Source of the DNA: a virus
Lineage: Duplodnaviria; Caudoviricetes
Length of the DNA stretch: 58,378 bases
Direction: 5' to 3' (one strand)
Virus record (IMG/VR): IMGVR_UViG_3300032020_000004
Span: 1-58,378 of that record
Shown: positions 17,658 to 26,523 of the stretch, piece after piece
Layout: the number at the start of each line of letters is the position of its first letter
Numbering within the stretch: position 1 is the stretch's first letter
Notes under the pieces: generated by a model
What the model saw: only the letters and a program-made list of their open reading frames with translations
Told to the model about the DNA's origin: nothing
Database searches by the model: none
Translations under genes and position numbers: made by a program

Positions 17658-18425
17658 ATGAAAGACCAGACTCTGCAGATCCGTGATAAGGTTCTGCGTC
17701 CTGGCTTTACCCAAATTCCGAATCAGGTTCTGAGGGATGGCAGACTGGCTCCCGGTGATAAGATTTTGTATGCTCTGTTACTGAGCTATGCTTGGCAACA
17801 GAGTTTTTGTTATCCGGGGCAGAAACGGCTGGCTGATGATATGAATTGTGATAGCAGGACAATCAGGCGCCATCTGGCCGCTCTCGAAGAGGTTGGCTTG
17901 GTATCCGAGATGCGCAGAGGGTTGTCTAAAACGAATGTTTATGTTCTTGAGCCCTTGCATTTAGCCTACCCTGAAGCTGATAGGACAGAATTGTCCGCTC
18001 AAGAAGGTACAATTTTGTCCGCTCCTGATGGGTCACCAGTGTCCGATAAAGAATACTCAGTAGAAGAAGATACAATTAAGAAGACTCAGGGGTTGTCACG
18101 CAATCCTAAAATAGCTGAGATGCAGAAGTTTCTTGGCTTCCCAGAGCCTAACGCCCCGTATCGACTTCATTGTAGAACAGACCCGATCCCTAATCCGGCG
18201 AAGGAAGCTGGGTTTGTAAAGAAGATGCTAAGCCGAGGTTTCAGCTGGGATGAGATTTTTGGTCTGTGGAAGGATAAGGTGATATACAGGGGTGGAGAGT
18301 TCGTCAGTATGCAGTGGGTGAATGAGGATATTGGAAAGGGAGAAAGGCATAGAAAGGATAGGGGAGATACTGAAGCGGCAGGGGCTGAAAGGCTCGTCGC
18401 CAGCGTCGGCAAGCCGCTTCGCTGA
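17658..18425 (+). CDS. Replication initiator (winged helix, HTH_36-like)
   Basis: GFTQIPN...KILYALL...CYPGQKRLA...RTIRRHL..LE; internal iterons; followed by a DnaC-like gene. Confidence 0.9.
   Translation: MKDQTLQIRDKVLRPGFTQIPNQVLRDGRLAPGDKILYALLLSYAWQQSFCYPGQKRLADDMNCDSRTIRRHLAALEEVGLVSEMRRGLSKTNVYVLEPLHLAYPEADRTELSAQEGTILSAPDGSPVSDKEYSVEEDTIKKTQGLSRNPKIAEMQKFLGFPEPNAPYRLHCRTDPIPNPAKEAGFVKKMLSRGFSWDEIFGLWKDKVIYRGGEFVSMQWVNEDIGKGERHRKDRGDTEAAGAERLVASVGKPLR
17983..18080. other. Putative replication origin: three iterons at 24-bp spacing plus an A-rich tract
   Basis: GGACAGAATTGTCC (17983), GTACAATTTTGTCC (18007), GGTCACCAGTGTCC (18031). Confidence 0.75.
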
Positions 18426-19101
18426 GGTGTATAACTGCAAAGTCTGCCTGGATTCTGGCTGGGTGTATCCGCTTGGTCAGGATGGCCGGCCTGACTACAG
18501 CCGAGTTATCCGCTGCCGGTGTATGAAGGACCAAGATGAGCAGGAAAGGAGAGAGGGATATCTCAGGCGTTGTGGCTTACCGGCTGGAACTGATAGCATG
18601 ACGTTTGAGAGATTCCAAAGGATAGCTGGGCTGGAGAAAGCCTATGATGCAGCGCTGCAACTGGCTGATGGAGCTGGGGGGGTGAAGTGGCTGACGCTGA
18701 TGGGTGGTGTAGACCTGGGTAAGACTCACCTGGCGATTGCTATTTGCCACAGGTGGCTGGCCCGGGGTATGCCAGCCAGGTATGCCTATGTGCCGTTACT
18801 GCTGGATGAGCTGAGGAGGGGATTTGAGCTCGAGGGTGAGAGGTCGTATGATAGCCAGTTCCAGTTTTTCTGTAGTGTGCCGCTGCTGGTCCTAGATGAT
18901 CTCGGGACCGAGTCGGCTACTAAGTGGGTCGAGGAGAAGCTAGACACCATCATAGATTATAGATGTGTCAATGGATTAGCGCTGGTGGTGACGACAAATC
19001 TGCCGCTTGATGCTCTGCCGGTGAGGATAGCCAGTAGGCTTCAGAGATCTGGCAGGGTGGTAGTGATAGATGCCCCGGAGTATAGGTTGAGGAGGAGTTG
19101 A
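18322..19101 (+). CDS. DnaC/IstB-like helicase loader ATPase
   Basis: CxxC...CRC Zn domain, Walker A GGVDLGKTHLA, Walker B LLVLDDLG, VTTN. Confidence 0.93.
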   Translation: MRILEREKGIERIGEILKRQGLKGSSPASASRFAEVYNCKVCLDSGWVYPLGQDGRPDYSRVIRCRCMKDQDEQERREGYLRRCGLPAGTDSMTFERFQRIAGLEKAYDAALQLADGAGGVKWLTLMGGVDLGKTHLAIAICHRWLARGMPARYAYVPLLLDELRRGFELEGERSYDSQFQFFCSVPLLVLDDLGTESATKWVEEKLDTIIDYRCVNGLALVVTTNLPLDALPVRIASRLQRSGRVVVIDAPEYRLRRS

Positions 19102-19524
19102 GTGCAACCAAAGATAGAAATTAACGTAACCGGTGTTGATGACCCCTTAATAAAGAGGAGACTCAAACGCATAGCGAAACCCGATTCGGGGGTAGGCAAT
19201 ATTAGACCGTGCCTGTTGTGTCAAAGCCAAACCTCATGGACGGTAAATGACCACCCTGTATGTCCTTCGTGCCAAGCCAGGTATGGCTTCTTCAAGAAAG
19301 ATTGGTTGCCTGATGCTTGTGAGGTTTGCGGCGCCCAGGGCGAATGGGTCTGTGGGAAAGATGACAAACACTCTCTATGCTATTGCCACCGGGATGCTTG
19401 GTTTGACTGGACTAGGGAGCCATTTCTCCCACGGGGTTATGATAAATTGCCAGAGAAGGAGAAAGATATTGCTTGGGAGAAGGCTTTTGCCGAGTTTATC
19501 CAAGAGATGAAGATAAAACAATAG
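19102..19524 (+). CDS. Cys-rich Zn-binding hypothetical protein
   Basis: Several CxxC pairs. Confidence 0.65.
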   Translation: MQPKIEINVTGVDDPLIKRRLKRIAKPDSGVGNIRPCLLCQSQTSWTVNDHPVCPSCQARYGFFKKDWLPDACEVCGAQGEWVCGKDDKHSLCYCHRDAWFDWTREPFLPRGYDKLPEKEKDIAWEKAFAEFIQEMKIKQ

Positions 19525-19542
19525 CCGATACTGTGAAAGGAG

Positions 19543-19743
19543 ATGAAGATGAAAAGCTATGATTGCCGAAACCCGGTTAAATGCCAGGTATTCCACGATG
19601 CTGAGTCTTATGAGGAATTACTGGTAGCGATAACTAAGTGGTGGAAAGGTGTGAAGGAGGAGGTCCCGACGCTTGAGGTTATTTTCTTTCATATAGATGA
19701 TAACCTGACGCATAACGCCGCTGTTTACTGGTGCCATGATTAA
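19543..19743 (+). CDS. Hypothetical protein
   Basis: AAGGAG RBS. Confidence 0.55.
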   Translation: MKMKSYDCRNPVKCQVFHDAESYEELLVAITKWWKGVKEEVPTLEVIFFHIDDNLTHNAAVYWCHD

Positions 19744-19819
19744 GGTGCGAAGATGACGCTAAGGCTTGACAGTGTGATGGGCTGTTCAGTCAGGACCAGG
19801 GGTGAAGGCGGGCCGCAGA

Positions 19820-19848
19820 TTGATTTTATTGTGCAAATCTGGTATAAT
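19820..19848 (+). promoter_or_regulatory. Sigma70 promoter giving a leaderless transcript of the 19857 nuclease
   Basis: TTGATT-17 bp-TATAAT with TG; ATG follows 8 nt later with no RBS. Confidence 0.65.
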
Positions 19849-19856
19849 AAATTCAA

Positions 19857-20741
19857 ATGGTTAGATTATCTGATGTTTGGATGCCTTGGCAGCTGGATTT
19901 CCTGCGCAATAATTTTTTAAACGTTAGCTATGCTGATATTGCTGGTGTCGTTGAGAAGAGTGAGAATGCCGTTAGAAATAAAGCCTGGGAATTAAGGCTT
20001 AGAAAGAAGGCGCTGCAGTATTCAGACGAAGAAAAGCAAAAGATAAAGCAGTTATATGAACAGGGAATATCCTTGCCAATGATAGCTGAGCAATTATGCA
20101 GACCGAAGACTGGTATATGTCATGAGGCTCGAAAGATGGGTTTGACTGATTTGCGCCGTCCTGCCGGCCTCGAAGAGCGAGCTAAAATAGCAAATATCAC
20201 TCGAGAGAGAATCCGGAGGGATGGTCACCCTAGAGGGTCAAGGGTGGTGATAACCTGCCCGGTGTGTGGCAAGTTTTTTGATGTAAAGCAGTCAGCAGGC
20301 CAGGTATTCTGTAGTATAAAATGTGCCAATAAAGTAAAAGTCCAAAATAAACTGACTTATTCTCGCGGTGCTGGCGGCAAACGAGAAGATTTGGGTGGTC
20401 AATACTTCAGAAGCTCCTATGAGGCTAATTATGCTCGGTATCTTAATTTTCTAATGGCGCATGGCGAACCGATAGTAGAATGGGAATTTGAAGCCGAGAC
20501 ATTTGAGTTCACGAAGATTAAGCGAGGAACGCGGTTTTATACGCCTGATTTTAGGCTGTTGTTCTCTGATGGACATGTAGAATATCATGAAGTTAAGGGA
20601 TGGGATTACGCAAGAGGCAAAACAGCGAGAAAGCGCATGGCAAAGTATTTTCCATATGTGAAGTTGGTGCTCATTGATGTTGATTTTTTCAAGGCGATAA
20701 AGCGTAAGGGGCATGATAAACTGATTCTAGGATGGGAATAG
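19857..20741 (+). CDS. PD-(D/E)XK endonuclease (DUF1064-like) with N-terminal HTH repeats
   Basis: FRSSYEANYARYL, YTPDF and EVKG motifs. Confidence 0.85.
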   Translation: MVRLSDVWMPWQLDFLRNNFLNVSYADIAGVVEKSENAVRNKAWELRLRKKALQYSDEEKQKIKQLYEQGISLPMIAEQLCRPKTGICHEARKMGLTDLRRPAGLEERAKIANITRERIRRDGHPRGSRVVITCPVCGKFFDVKQSAGQVFCSIKCANKVKVQNKLTYSRGAGGKREDLGGQYFRSSYEANYARYLNFLMAHGEPIVEWEFEAETFEFTKIKRGTRFYTPDFRLLFSDGHVEYHEVKGWDYARGKTARKRMAKYFPYVKLVLIDVDFFKAIKRKGHDKLILGWE

Positions 20742-20836
20742 TGGATTGTAGAGCTCCAAAGGCGGTCCCTGGCTGTGAGCCGAAGCTGATAATTACGATA
20801 GGAGAGGCGTTAAGTGTCTAGTGTAGAGAAGGCAAG

Positions 20837-20983
20837 ATGATTACTATAAGGCGAGTGAACTATGATGTTGGATGGTTACCACGTAAGTTCTGGCGGCATA
20901 TCTGGACACCGGTTTGGCACGATGGTCGGGGTAGATATATCTCTATCGGCTTATGGCTCTTTGCCTTCTATAGAGGTTATTGA
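20837..20983 (+). CDS. Small Trp-rich hypothetical protein (48 aa)
   Basis: MITIRR...WTPVWHDGRGRYISIGLW. Confidence 0.55.
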   Translation: MITIRRVNYDVGWLPRKFWRHIWTPVWHDGRGRYISIGLWLFAFYRGY

Positions 20984-20996
20984 GAGGAGGTAGGGA

Positions 20997-21398
20997 GTGT
21001 TGATTGTATCGTTCGCCTGGACCACCGCCGCGCTGCTGGCCGGAGCCAAAAGCTGCACCCGGCGCAGTTGGAATGATGATTATGCCAGGCGTTTTAAGGC
21101 TGGTGCCGTGGTTCAAGGTTGGGATAGGCTGCCCCGAGTTGGCGGCCAGCAGGTAGCGATTATTAGGCTGACTACTGACCCGTACCTGCAGCGGACAAGC
21201 CAGATGACTGAAATGGACTATCGAGCTGAAGGTCTTGAATGGATGGAGCAGAATGGAATCTTGATTCGTGGGAAGTACCCGAGGCAATTCTTTGACCAGT
21301 GGAAGGCCGCTGATGAGCTTGTCTATGTTGTCAGGTTTCAACTGATGAAGCGGCTGGTGCCGGCTGAGCTCTATCTAGTTGGTGGGAGCTCACTGTAA
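20997..21398 (+). CDS. ASCH-domain protein
   Basis: GAKSCTRR, EG and terminal VYVVRF motifs. Confidence 0.8.
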   Translation: MLIVSFAWTTAALLAGAKSCTRRSWNDDYARRFKAGAVVQGWDRLPRVGGQQVAIIRLTTDPYLQRTSQMTEMDYRAEGLEWMEQNGILIRGKYPRQFFDQWKAADELVYVVRFQLMKRLVPAELYLVGGSSL

Positions 21399-21811
21399 TG
21401 ACTTGCTGCCTGCCGTTTCATGGGAGTGCATAATAATCTCCTCGTTTAATGGTCAGCCCTTTGTCGTATCTTAAATTTCCGCAGTGTCATTCAATGAAGA
21501 GGGCTTTGTTGTTTAATTCAGCTCTGTGAGCTTTAGCGAGTCAAAGTTGTAATCTCATGCCAATACACTGATTGCTTCAAGGTATCTTTCCTCTCATACT
21601 GTCATTTAAGCCACTCATTAGCCTTCCTAGTTCGTCTTGTGGTATTTTGTCGCCCCTGCCATGTGGGTTATGGTGGAACCGGCGGTTGGGAACCGTGTGG
21701 GCAGTTCTGAAAAGCAGATTTGTAAACCTTGAAAGAGCATAGGTAATGACAGGAGTGGTTTGTTTTCTACCGACTGCTATCGTTGTATCGTAGCATTGGG
21801 CTGCTATTTAT

Positions 21812-21900
21812 GTTGTAGTGCTACAACCGCTGTAAATGTCTGTATCTGGACTTGACAAAAGCAAGTTGTAGTGTTACGCTTATAATAGGATAAAAAATAA
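21812..21900 (+). promoter_or_regulatory. Palindrome plus sigma70 promoter module
   Basis: GTTGTAGTGCTACAAC (21812), TTGACA (21852)-17 bp-TACGCT; the 3' 31 bp are identical to 30413-30443. Confidence 0.85.
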
Positions 21901-21920
21901 CCGAAAGGAATTGAAGGGAA

Positions 21921-22217
21921 ATGCCACACGTGTATCTACTGCACTTCGACAAGCCGCTCCATCATGCCCAGCATTATTGTGGTTGGACGTCTAATGGTGT
22001 GGAGCAAAGACTGGCGACGCATCTGGCTGGTAATGGTTCTAAGCTGGTCAAGGCGGTTGTGGCGAATGGTTCTGAGGTGGCCGTGGCCAGGGTGTGGGAT
22101 CATGATGGCTGGCAGACAGCACGGCAGCGAGAGCGCCGTATGAAGAATACTCACCACCTGCCGTCGTATTGCCCGGTGTGCCGTGAAGCTAGAAAGAATG
22201 GAAATGGAGGGCATTAG
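21921..22217 (+). CDS. GIY-YIG nuclease-like protein
   Basis: VYLLHF...HYCGWT...RL..H..G.G...ER..K pattern. Confidence 0.85.
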   Translation: MPHVYLLHFDKPLHHAQHYCGWTSNGVEQRLATHLAGNGSKLVKAVVANGSEVAVARVWDHDGWQTARQRERRMKNTHHLPSYCPVCREARKNGNGGH

Positions 22218-22386
22218 GATGGAGAGAAACATGGATGAACTTATCAGAGAGATGTACCAGAAAGGACTGATTGAGATTGTCAGGAAGCCGAGGTCTGAGG
22301 AGTTAGCTGAATTGATAAGAAGCACCAAGGCGATGCCTGGTGACTGGTTGCACTGGTTGGATTATGCAAAGGCGGTGAGGAACTGA
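22183..22386 (+). CDS. Hypothetical protein
   Basis: ORF within operon; start probably near 22218 after GGAGG. Confidence 0.5.
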   Translation: MKLERMEMEGIRMERNMDELIREMYQKGLIEIVRKPRSEELAELIRSTKAMPGDWLHWLDYAKAVRN

Positions 22387-22784
22387 TGAAGATAAGGAGA
22401 TGTAGCATGGCAGAGGAAAGGATTAGGTTGCCTGAAGAGGCGGAGATAATTCTCGGTAAGCTGATGGCTGAGTACCAGTATGCTCATGCTCCAGCAAAGA
22501 TGAAGTTCCCGGATGGGCTGAGGTATCGCTACTGGGGCAAGTTTGAGCTGTTTACTGGTATCTGGGCGTTCTGCTACAGCATGACCAGAAATGAGAATGG
22601 TAAGTTTATCAGCTGGGTATACATGCCTAATGTTGGCAAGAAGCAGTGGGTGAAGAGGAAAGTGTTGGAGAACAGGCTGATGAAGGATGCCAAGGCCCGG
22701 GCGCTGAGGATGTATAACCAGCATAAGCCGGTCCAAGATAAGTATGAGGCGCTGCTGAAAAAGAGGCAGCGGAAAAGGAGGTAA
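22386..22784 (+). CDS. Hypothetical protein
   Basis: ORF within operon, AAGGAG RBS. Confidence 0.65.
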   Translation: MKIRRCSMAEERIRLPEEAEIILGKLMAEYQYAHAPAKMKFPDGLRYRYWGKFELFTGIWAFCYSMTRNENGKFISWVYMPNVGKKQWVKRKVLENRLMKDAKARALRMYNQHKPVQDKYEALLKKRQRKRR

Positions 22785-22786
22785 AG

Positions 22787-23005
22787 GTGAAGATAGAGAA
22801 GCGCTTTAAGAGAGGTAAGCCTGAGCAGAAGTTCAGTGGACGCGTGGAGGTAGCAGTTACAGGGTTAGATACAGACGGGAACAGGATGCAGCTCCATCAA
22901 GGTCCCTGGCGGCGCAGCATCAGAGTTAGTGATACGACTGTTGATGAAGTATTTGATATTGTATATGCTGCGTTAGAAGGAAAAGAGAGTAAGAGTGATG
23001 CGTAG
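22787..23005 (+). CDS. Hypothetical protein
   Basis: AGGAGG RBS, GTG start. Confidence 0.6.
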   Translation: MKIEKRFKRGKPEQKFSGRVEVAVTGLDTDGNRMQLHQGPWRRSIRVSDTTVDEVFDIVYAALEGKESKSDA

Positions 23006-23267
23006 AAATCCGTATCAGCTGGAGTTTATGGAGAAAAGGAATCTGGCGCTAGAAATACCGGCGAAGTGCCTGTGTGGTGGTAAGCTAGTGTTAGGAGTAG
23101 GCCCGATTGGTTTATATGGCATCAAGGCGTATTATGAAGTCAGCTGCCAAGGCTGTGATGAGCATTATCACCTGTATTTCAACAAGATAGGTGTGCCGGA
23201 TATGCAGCTGAGAATCTGGAATCCGCCAGAGTTCTTTGGCCGTTTAGTCTGGCCAGTCAATAACTGA
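22995..23267 (+). CDS. Zn-binding hypothetical protein
   Basis: CLCGG...CQGC. Confidence 0.6.
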   Translation: MMRRNPYQLEFMEKRNLALEIPAKCLCGGKLVLGVGPIGLYGIKAYYEVSCQGCDEHYHLYFNKIGVPDMQLRIWNPPEFFGRLVWPVNN

Positions 23268-23277
23268 GGAGGGAATC

Positions 23278-23532
23278 GTGGCAAAACTGGTTATGCTGGA
23301 AGGGAAAGAGGAGCTGGCAAAGCTCGAACAGCAGGGAGTCAAGGTTAGATTTAAGGTGCTGGTCCGGCAGTGTAGAGTGGTTAAGAATGGCTGGTTGATG
23401 ATTCGGTCGGATGAGCCAAAGAATGGAGCAGCGATAGTGCTGGGCACGCCTGATTTTGTGGCGGTGTGTAAGATTGGCTGGGAGGATGATGAAGCCAAAA
23501 CGCTGCCGGTGGTCAAGTCGCTAGATTTGTAA
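23278..23532 (+). CDS. Hypothetical protein
   Basis: GAGGAGG RBS. Confidence 0.6.
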   Translation: MAKLVMLEGKEELAKLEQQGVKVRFKVLVRQCRVVKNGWLMIRSDEPKNGAAIVLGTPDFVAVCKIGWEDDEAKTLPVVKSLDL

Positions 23533-23544
23533 ATAAAGAATGAC

Positions 23545-23573
23545 TTGACTAACAGAAGTAGTTTTGCTAGAAT
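23545..23573 (+). promoter_or_regulatory. Sigma70 promoter (leaderless transcript)
   Basis: TTGACT-17 bp-TAGAAT with TG; ATG at 23580. Confidence 0.75.
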
Positions 23574-23579
23574 GCAAGT

Positions 23580-23954
23580 ATGGAGAATAAGGTTGCCCAT
23601 AGGAAGATTGCGTTAGAATCCTATTATAGAATGAAGCAGGACCCGGAAAGATATGAGCGTTATAAAGAGAGAAGACGGCGGTGGCTGCGACAGAACAGGG
23701 AGGGAATAAGAGAATACAGAAGAAGGCACATTGTGTGCACGAAAGATGGTCAGTTAACAGGTGCTAAAAGAGAAAGGCCAGATGATATTTGTGAGATTTG
23801 TGGGCGGCTAAAGAAAAAATTGGATTATCATCATTGGGACGCAGATATTAGGAAGGGAGTATGGGTTTGCGGAAGCTGCCATCATTTAGCCGAGGGAATA
23901 GATAAGGGGTTAGGCGATATATACCTGAAGTTAAAGGCGGCGGTGGACTTGTAG
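23580..23954 (+). CDS. HNH-like endonuclease
   Basis: CEICG...LDYHHW...WVCGSCH. Confidence 0.75.
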   Translation: MENKVAHRKIALESYYRMKQDPERYERYKERRRRWLRQNREGIREYRRRHIVCTKDGQLTGAKRERPDDICEICGRLKKKLDYHHWDADIRKGVWVCGSCHHLAEGIDKGLGDIYLKLKAAVDL

Positions 23955-23961
23955 AGGAAAT

Positions 23962-23989
23962 TTGACACATGCCGTATGAGTGTTACGAT
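23962..23989 (+). promoter_or_regulatory. Sigma70 promoter with conserved spacer CATGCCGTATGAGTGT
   Basis: TTGACA-16 bp-TACGAT; the spacer is shared with the promoters at 30396 and 30681. Confidence 0.8.
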
Positions 23990-24016
23990 ATAAATAGGAA
24001 AGGAGAATAAGAAGGG

Positions 24017-24415
24017 ATGCAGTGGGTTGTTTTTGCTGGGTTATCTGCTTTGGCGTATGCTCTCTGGGCGTTTTTCTGGCGTGTTGGCACTGTTTATTAC
24101 AGCTGGCGTGAGATATTGTTCTTCGCTGCACTCAGTGAGATGGCAGTAGCCCTGGGAGTAGCCTGGCCAGCAAAGTTGCCACCGCTACCGGCGATTGGAT
24201 TTGGGGTGGTAGCTGGTCTAGCAGCTGCGGTTGGGTATATCCTGTTTACATGGAGTATGGCTGGTGCCAGGAGTTCGCTGCCGATAGTGGTAATGTCGAT
24301 GTATCCGGTGCTGGCGCTGGTCTTGGCTAGGCTGATTCTTTTGGAAGCAATCAGCTGGGACCGCTGGCTCGGGGTCGGGCTGGCGATGGTGGCTGTTTAT
24401 TTGGTAGTAAGGTAG
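24017..24415 (+). CDS. EamA/DMT-family small membrane transporter
   Basis: 4-5 TM helices; MSMYPVLALVLARLILLEAISWDRWLGV signature. Confidence 0.85.
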   Translation: MQWVVFAGLSALAYALWAFFWRVGTVYYSWREILFFAALSEMAVALGVAWPAKLPPLPAIGFGVVAGLAAAVGYILFTWSMAGARSSLPIVVMSMYPVLALVLARLILLEAISWDRWLGVGLAMVAVYLVVR

Positions 24416-24429
24416 GAAGGAGAAGGAAA

Positions 24430-25497
24430 ATGAAGTTAAAATGTCTTGGTGACCGGCTTGCTGGAGCAAGCTCTATAGCGAGGATGGTCGTTCCCAGGAG
24501 CCCGGCGTTGCCTGTGCTGACTTATGTGGAGATTGAGGCCAAGGATGGGCGGGCATATCTGAGGGCGACTGACCTGGAGAAGATGGTGGTGGTTGACCTC
24601 TTTGCTGCTGTAGAGGAGGAGGGGAAAGTCTTGATACCGCTGAAGAAGCTGAGGAAGTTTGTGAAACATGAGAAAGGAACAGTAGTAATCGAGAGCAAGG
24701 ACTGCGGTGTATGGTTAAGCGATGCTGATGGTCAGGTTAAGGTTTATATTGAGACCTTGCCGCCAACTGATGAGCTCCCACGCATTGAGTGTGGTGAAAC
24801 TGAATACGATGTCGGTGAGGAGTTTGTGCTGAACCTGAAGCGAGCGTGGCCGTTCTCGGCTGAGGAGGAGCCCCGGCCTGTATTGGGAGCGGTGCTGGTA
24901 GAGTCTCTCGGAGAAGGTAAAGTATTCTTTGCCGCAGCTGATGGGTTTAGGCTGTTTACCTCATCGATGAATCTGAGCTTGCCTGCTGGCTCTTGGCTGT
25001 TGCCCCGGTCAACGTGTGCTATTCTTGCTGGAATTATGAAGAAGAAACAGGCAGTCAAGATGGGGTGCGATAGTGGCAAGATGTGGTTTGAGGTGGAGCC
25101 TGATGTGAAGTTTGTAAGTCAGCTGATTCAGGGCAATTTCCCTGTGTACAGGATGCTGATACCGACGGCTCCACCGGTGTGGACGTTTACTGTTTCTGGT
25201 CCCTTGCTGCAGAGCAGGGTCTTGCAGTTTCAGAGTACTATCGTGCGCCTGACTAAGACTGAGGATGGCTTTCTGAAACTGGCCATGGCTGATGATGACG
25301 ATAGCTTCGAGGCGCAGCTACCGGCTGAGATGACTGGTGATGGCAAGATAGCGTTGAATCCAATGTATCTGGCTGATGTAGCCAAGCTGTTTGCCGAGTT
25401 GACTGTTGAGGTTACGGCCTTCTCAGCTCCTGTAAGAATACATGGTGACTTGGCAGGCGTTGTGATTGTGGTTATGCCGATGTTTGTCCAGTGGTAA
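24430..25497 (+). CDS. dnaN: DNA polymerase III beta sliding clamp
   Basis: LPVL, ATDLE, RPVL, AADGFRL, GNFPVY and C-terminal VVMPM motifs; 355 aa. Confidence 0.93.
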   Translation: MKLKCLGDRLAGASSIARMVVPRSPALPVLTYVEIEAKDGRAYLRATDLEKMVVVDLFAAVEEEGKVLIPLKKLRKFVKHEKGTVVIESKDCGVWLSDADGQVKVYIETLPPTDELPRIECGETEYDVGEEFVLNLKRAWPFSAEEEPRPVLGAVLVESLGEGKVFFAAADGFRLFTSSMNLSLPAGSWLLPRSTCAILAGIMKKKQAVKMGCDSGKMWFEVEPDVKFVSQLIQGNFPVYRMLIPTAPPVWTFTVSGPLLQSRVLQFQSTIVRLTKTEDGFLKLAMADDDDSFEAQLPAEMTGDGKIALNPMYLADVAKLFAELTVEVTAFSAPVRIHGDLAGVVIVVMPMFVQW

Positions 25498-25502
25498 TGG
25501 AC

Positions 25503-25531
25503 TTGACAGGTGTTATAGTAAATGCTACAAT
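25503..25531 (+). promoter_or_regulatory. Sigma70 promoter (leaderless endonuclease transcript)
   Basis: TTGACA-17 bp-TACAAT with TG; ATG at 25540. Confidence 0.75.
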
Positions 25532-25539
25532 TACAATAT

Positions 25540-25986
25540 ATGATTACTGAGGTTGAAAAGGCATATTTCGCTGGTATATTTGATGGCGAGGGTACTATAG
25601 GGATATGCCGTAGCAATAAGCATAGGAAGTCACGGCAACTGCAAATAGCCGTCGGGCAAACAATAAAAGGTTATCCTGTATTGCGGAGGTTGGAAGAGAA
25701 ATTTGGTGGTGGCATATATCCGGGTGTTAGGTGTAAGCGTTGGTGCATAAATGGTAAGAGGGCTGGTGATTTTCTAGCTCTAATTTTACCGTATATGCTT
25801 ATTAAAAGAGATGAGGCAGAGTTAGCCTTAGAGTTTGAGAGGGAGCGATTAACGAGAGGATATAGGCGGTTAGGTCCGGCTGATATTCGTATGCAAGAGA
25901 GATATGAGGTAATGATGAAACATTTGAAACTGAAGGGAGTGAAGAATGGAAGCAGGGATACAGCGGGTAAAGGTGGAGCTGATTGA
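25540..25986 (+). CDS. LAGLIDADG homing endonuclease
   Basis: KAYFAGIFDGEG and LPYMLIKR; start placed at 25540 because the ATG at 25522 overlaps the -10 region. Confidence 0.9.
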   Translation: MITEVEKAYFAGIFDGEGTIGICRSNKHRKSRQLQIAVGQTIKGYPVLRRLEEKFGGGIYPGVRCKRWCINGKRAGDFLALILPYMLIKRDEAELALEFERERLTRGYRRLGPADIRMQERYEVMMKHLKLKGVKNGSRDTAGKGGAD

Positions 25987-26242
25987 TAGGGATGAGACGC
26001 AGCCTCGGCAAGATTTTGATGATGTAGCGCTGCAAGAATTAGCCCGGTCAATTGAGAGCAATGGGCTTCTGCAGCCAGTGAACCTCCGCAAGAGTGATGG
26101 TAGGTTTATCATTATCGCTGGTGAGAGGCGCTTCAGGGCAGTCCAGCAACTGGGTTGGAAAGAGGTCCCGGCGATTGTCCACGATGTTGATATGAATGGT
26201 CACAGGAAGCTGGAGAGTTTGTATCAGATAAAGCTGTTGTAG
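25946..26242 (+). CDS. ParB N-terminal (CTPase) domain-only protein
   Basis: QPRQDF..LQELARSI..GLLQPV...IIAGERRFRA; lacks the HTH and dimerisation domains. Confidence 0.88.
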   Translation: MEAGIQRVKVELIDRDETQPRQDFDDVALQELARSIESNGLLQPVNLRKSDGRFIIIAGERRFRAVQQLGWKEVPAIVHDVDMNGHRKLESLYQIKLL

Positions 26243-26281
26243 CGCTACACACTTGACAAAAGCAAGTTGTAGTGTTACGCT
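26236..26281 (+). promoter_or_regulatory. Palindrome plus sigma70 promoter, a duplicate of the 21852 promoter
   Basis: GTTGTAGCGCTACACA, then CTTGACAAAAGCAAGTTGTAGTGTTACGCTT identical to 21851-21881. Confidence 0.85.
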
Positions 26282-26289
26282 TTTATCAA

Positions 26290-26523
26290 ATGGACAATAT
26301 GATGAATGGAACGAAGATAGAGGATCAGGTTTATATCTGCTTTGATGGGCCTGACGGCTTGGTGATTCAGACTGACCGCCGGAGCTTTGAGACTTATTTC
26401 CGGCTGCTGGGTTGGGAGCTTCTGGGCCCGGCTGAGCCGTTGCCGCTTTTCAGGCAGAGGCAGGGACTACCGGTAGCTGCCGAGAGAAGGAAGAGGTTAG
26501 GGACAGGATATGCAGGTCGTTGA
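26290..26523 (+). CDS. Hypothetical protein
   Basis: First ATG after the promoter. Confidence 0.5.
   Translation: MDNMMNGTKIEDQVYICFDGPDGLVIQTDRRSFETYFRLLGWELLGPAEPLPLFRQRQGLPVAAERRKRLGTGYAGR

Noticed and set aside
20742-20821. RusA C-terminal remnant (…EPKLIITIGE) after the nuclease gene
   Set aside because: Too short to support without an alignment.
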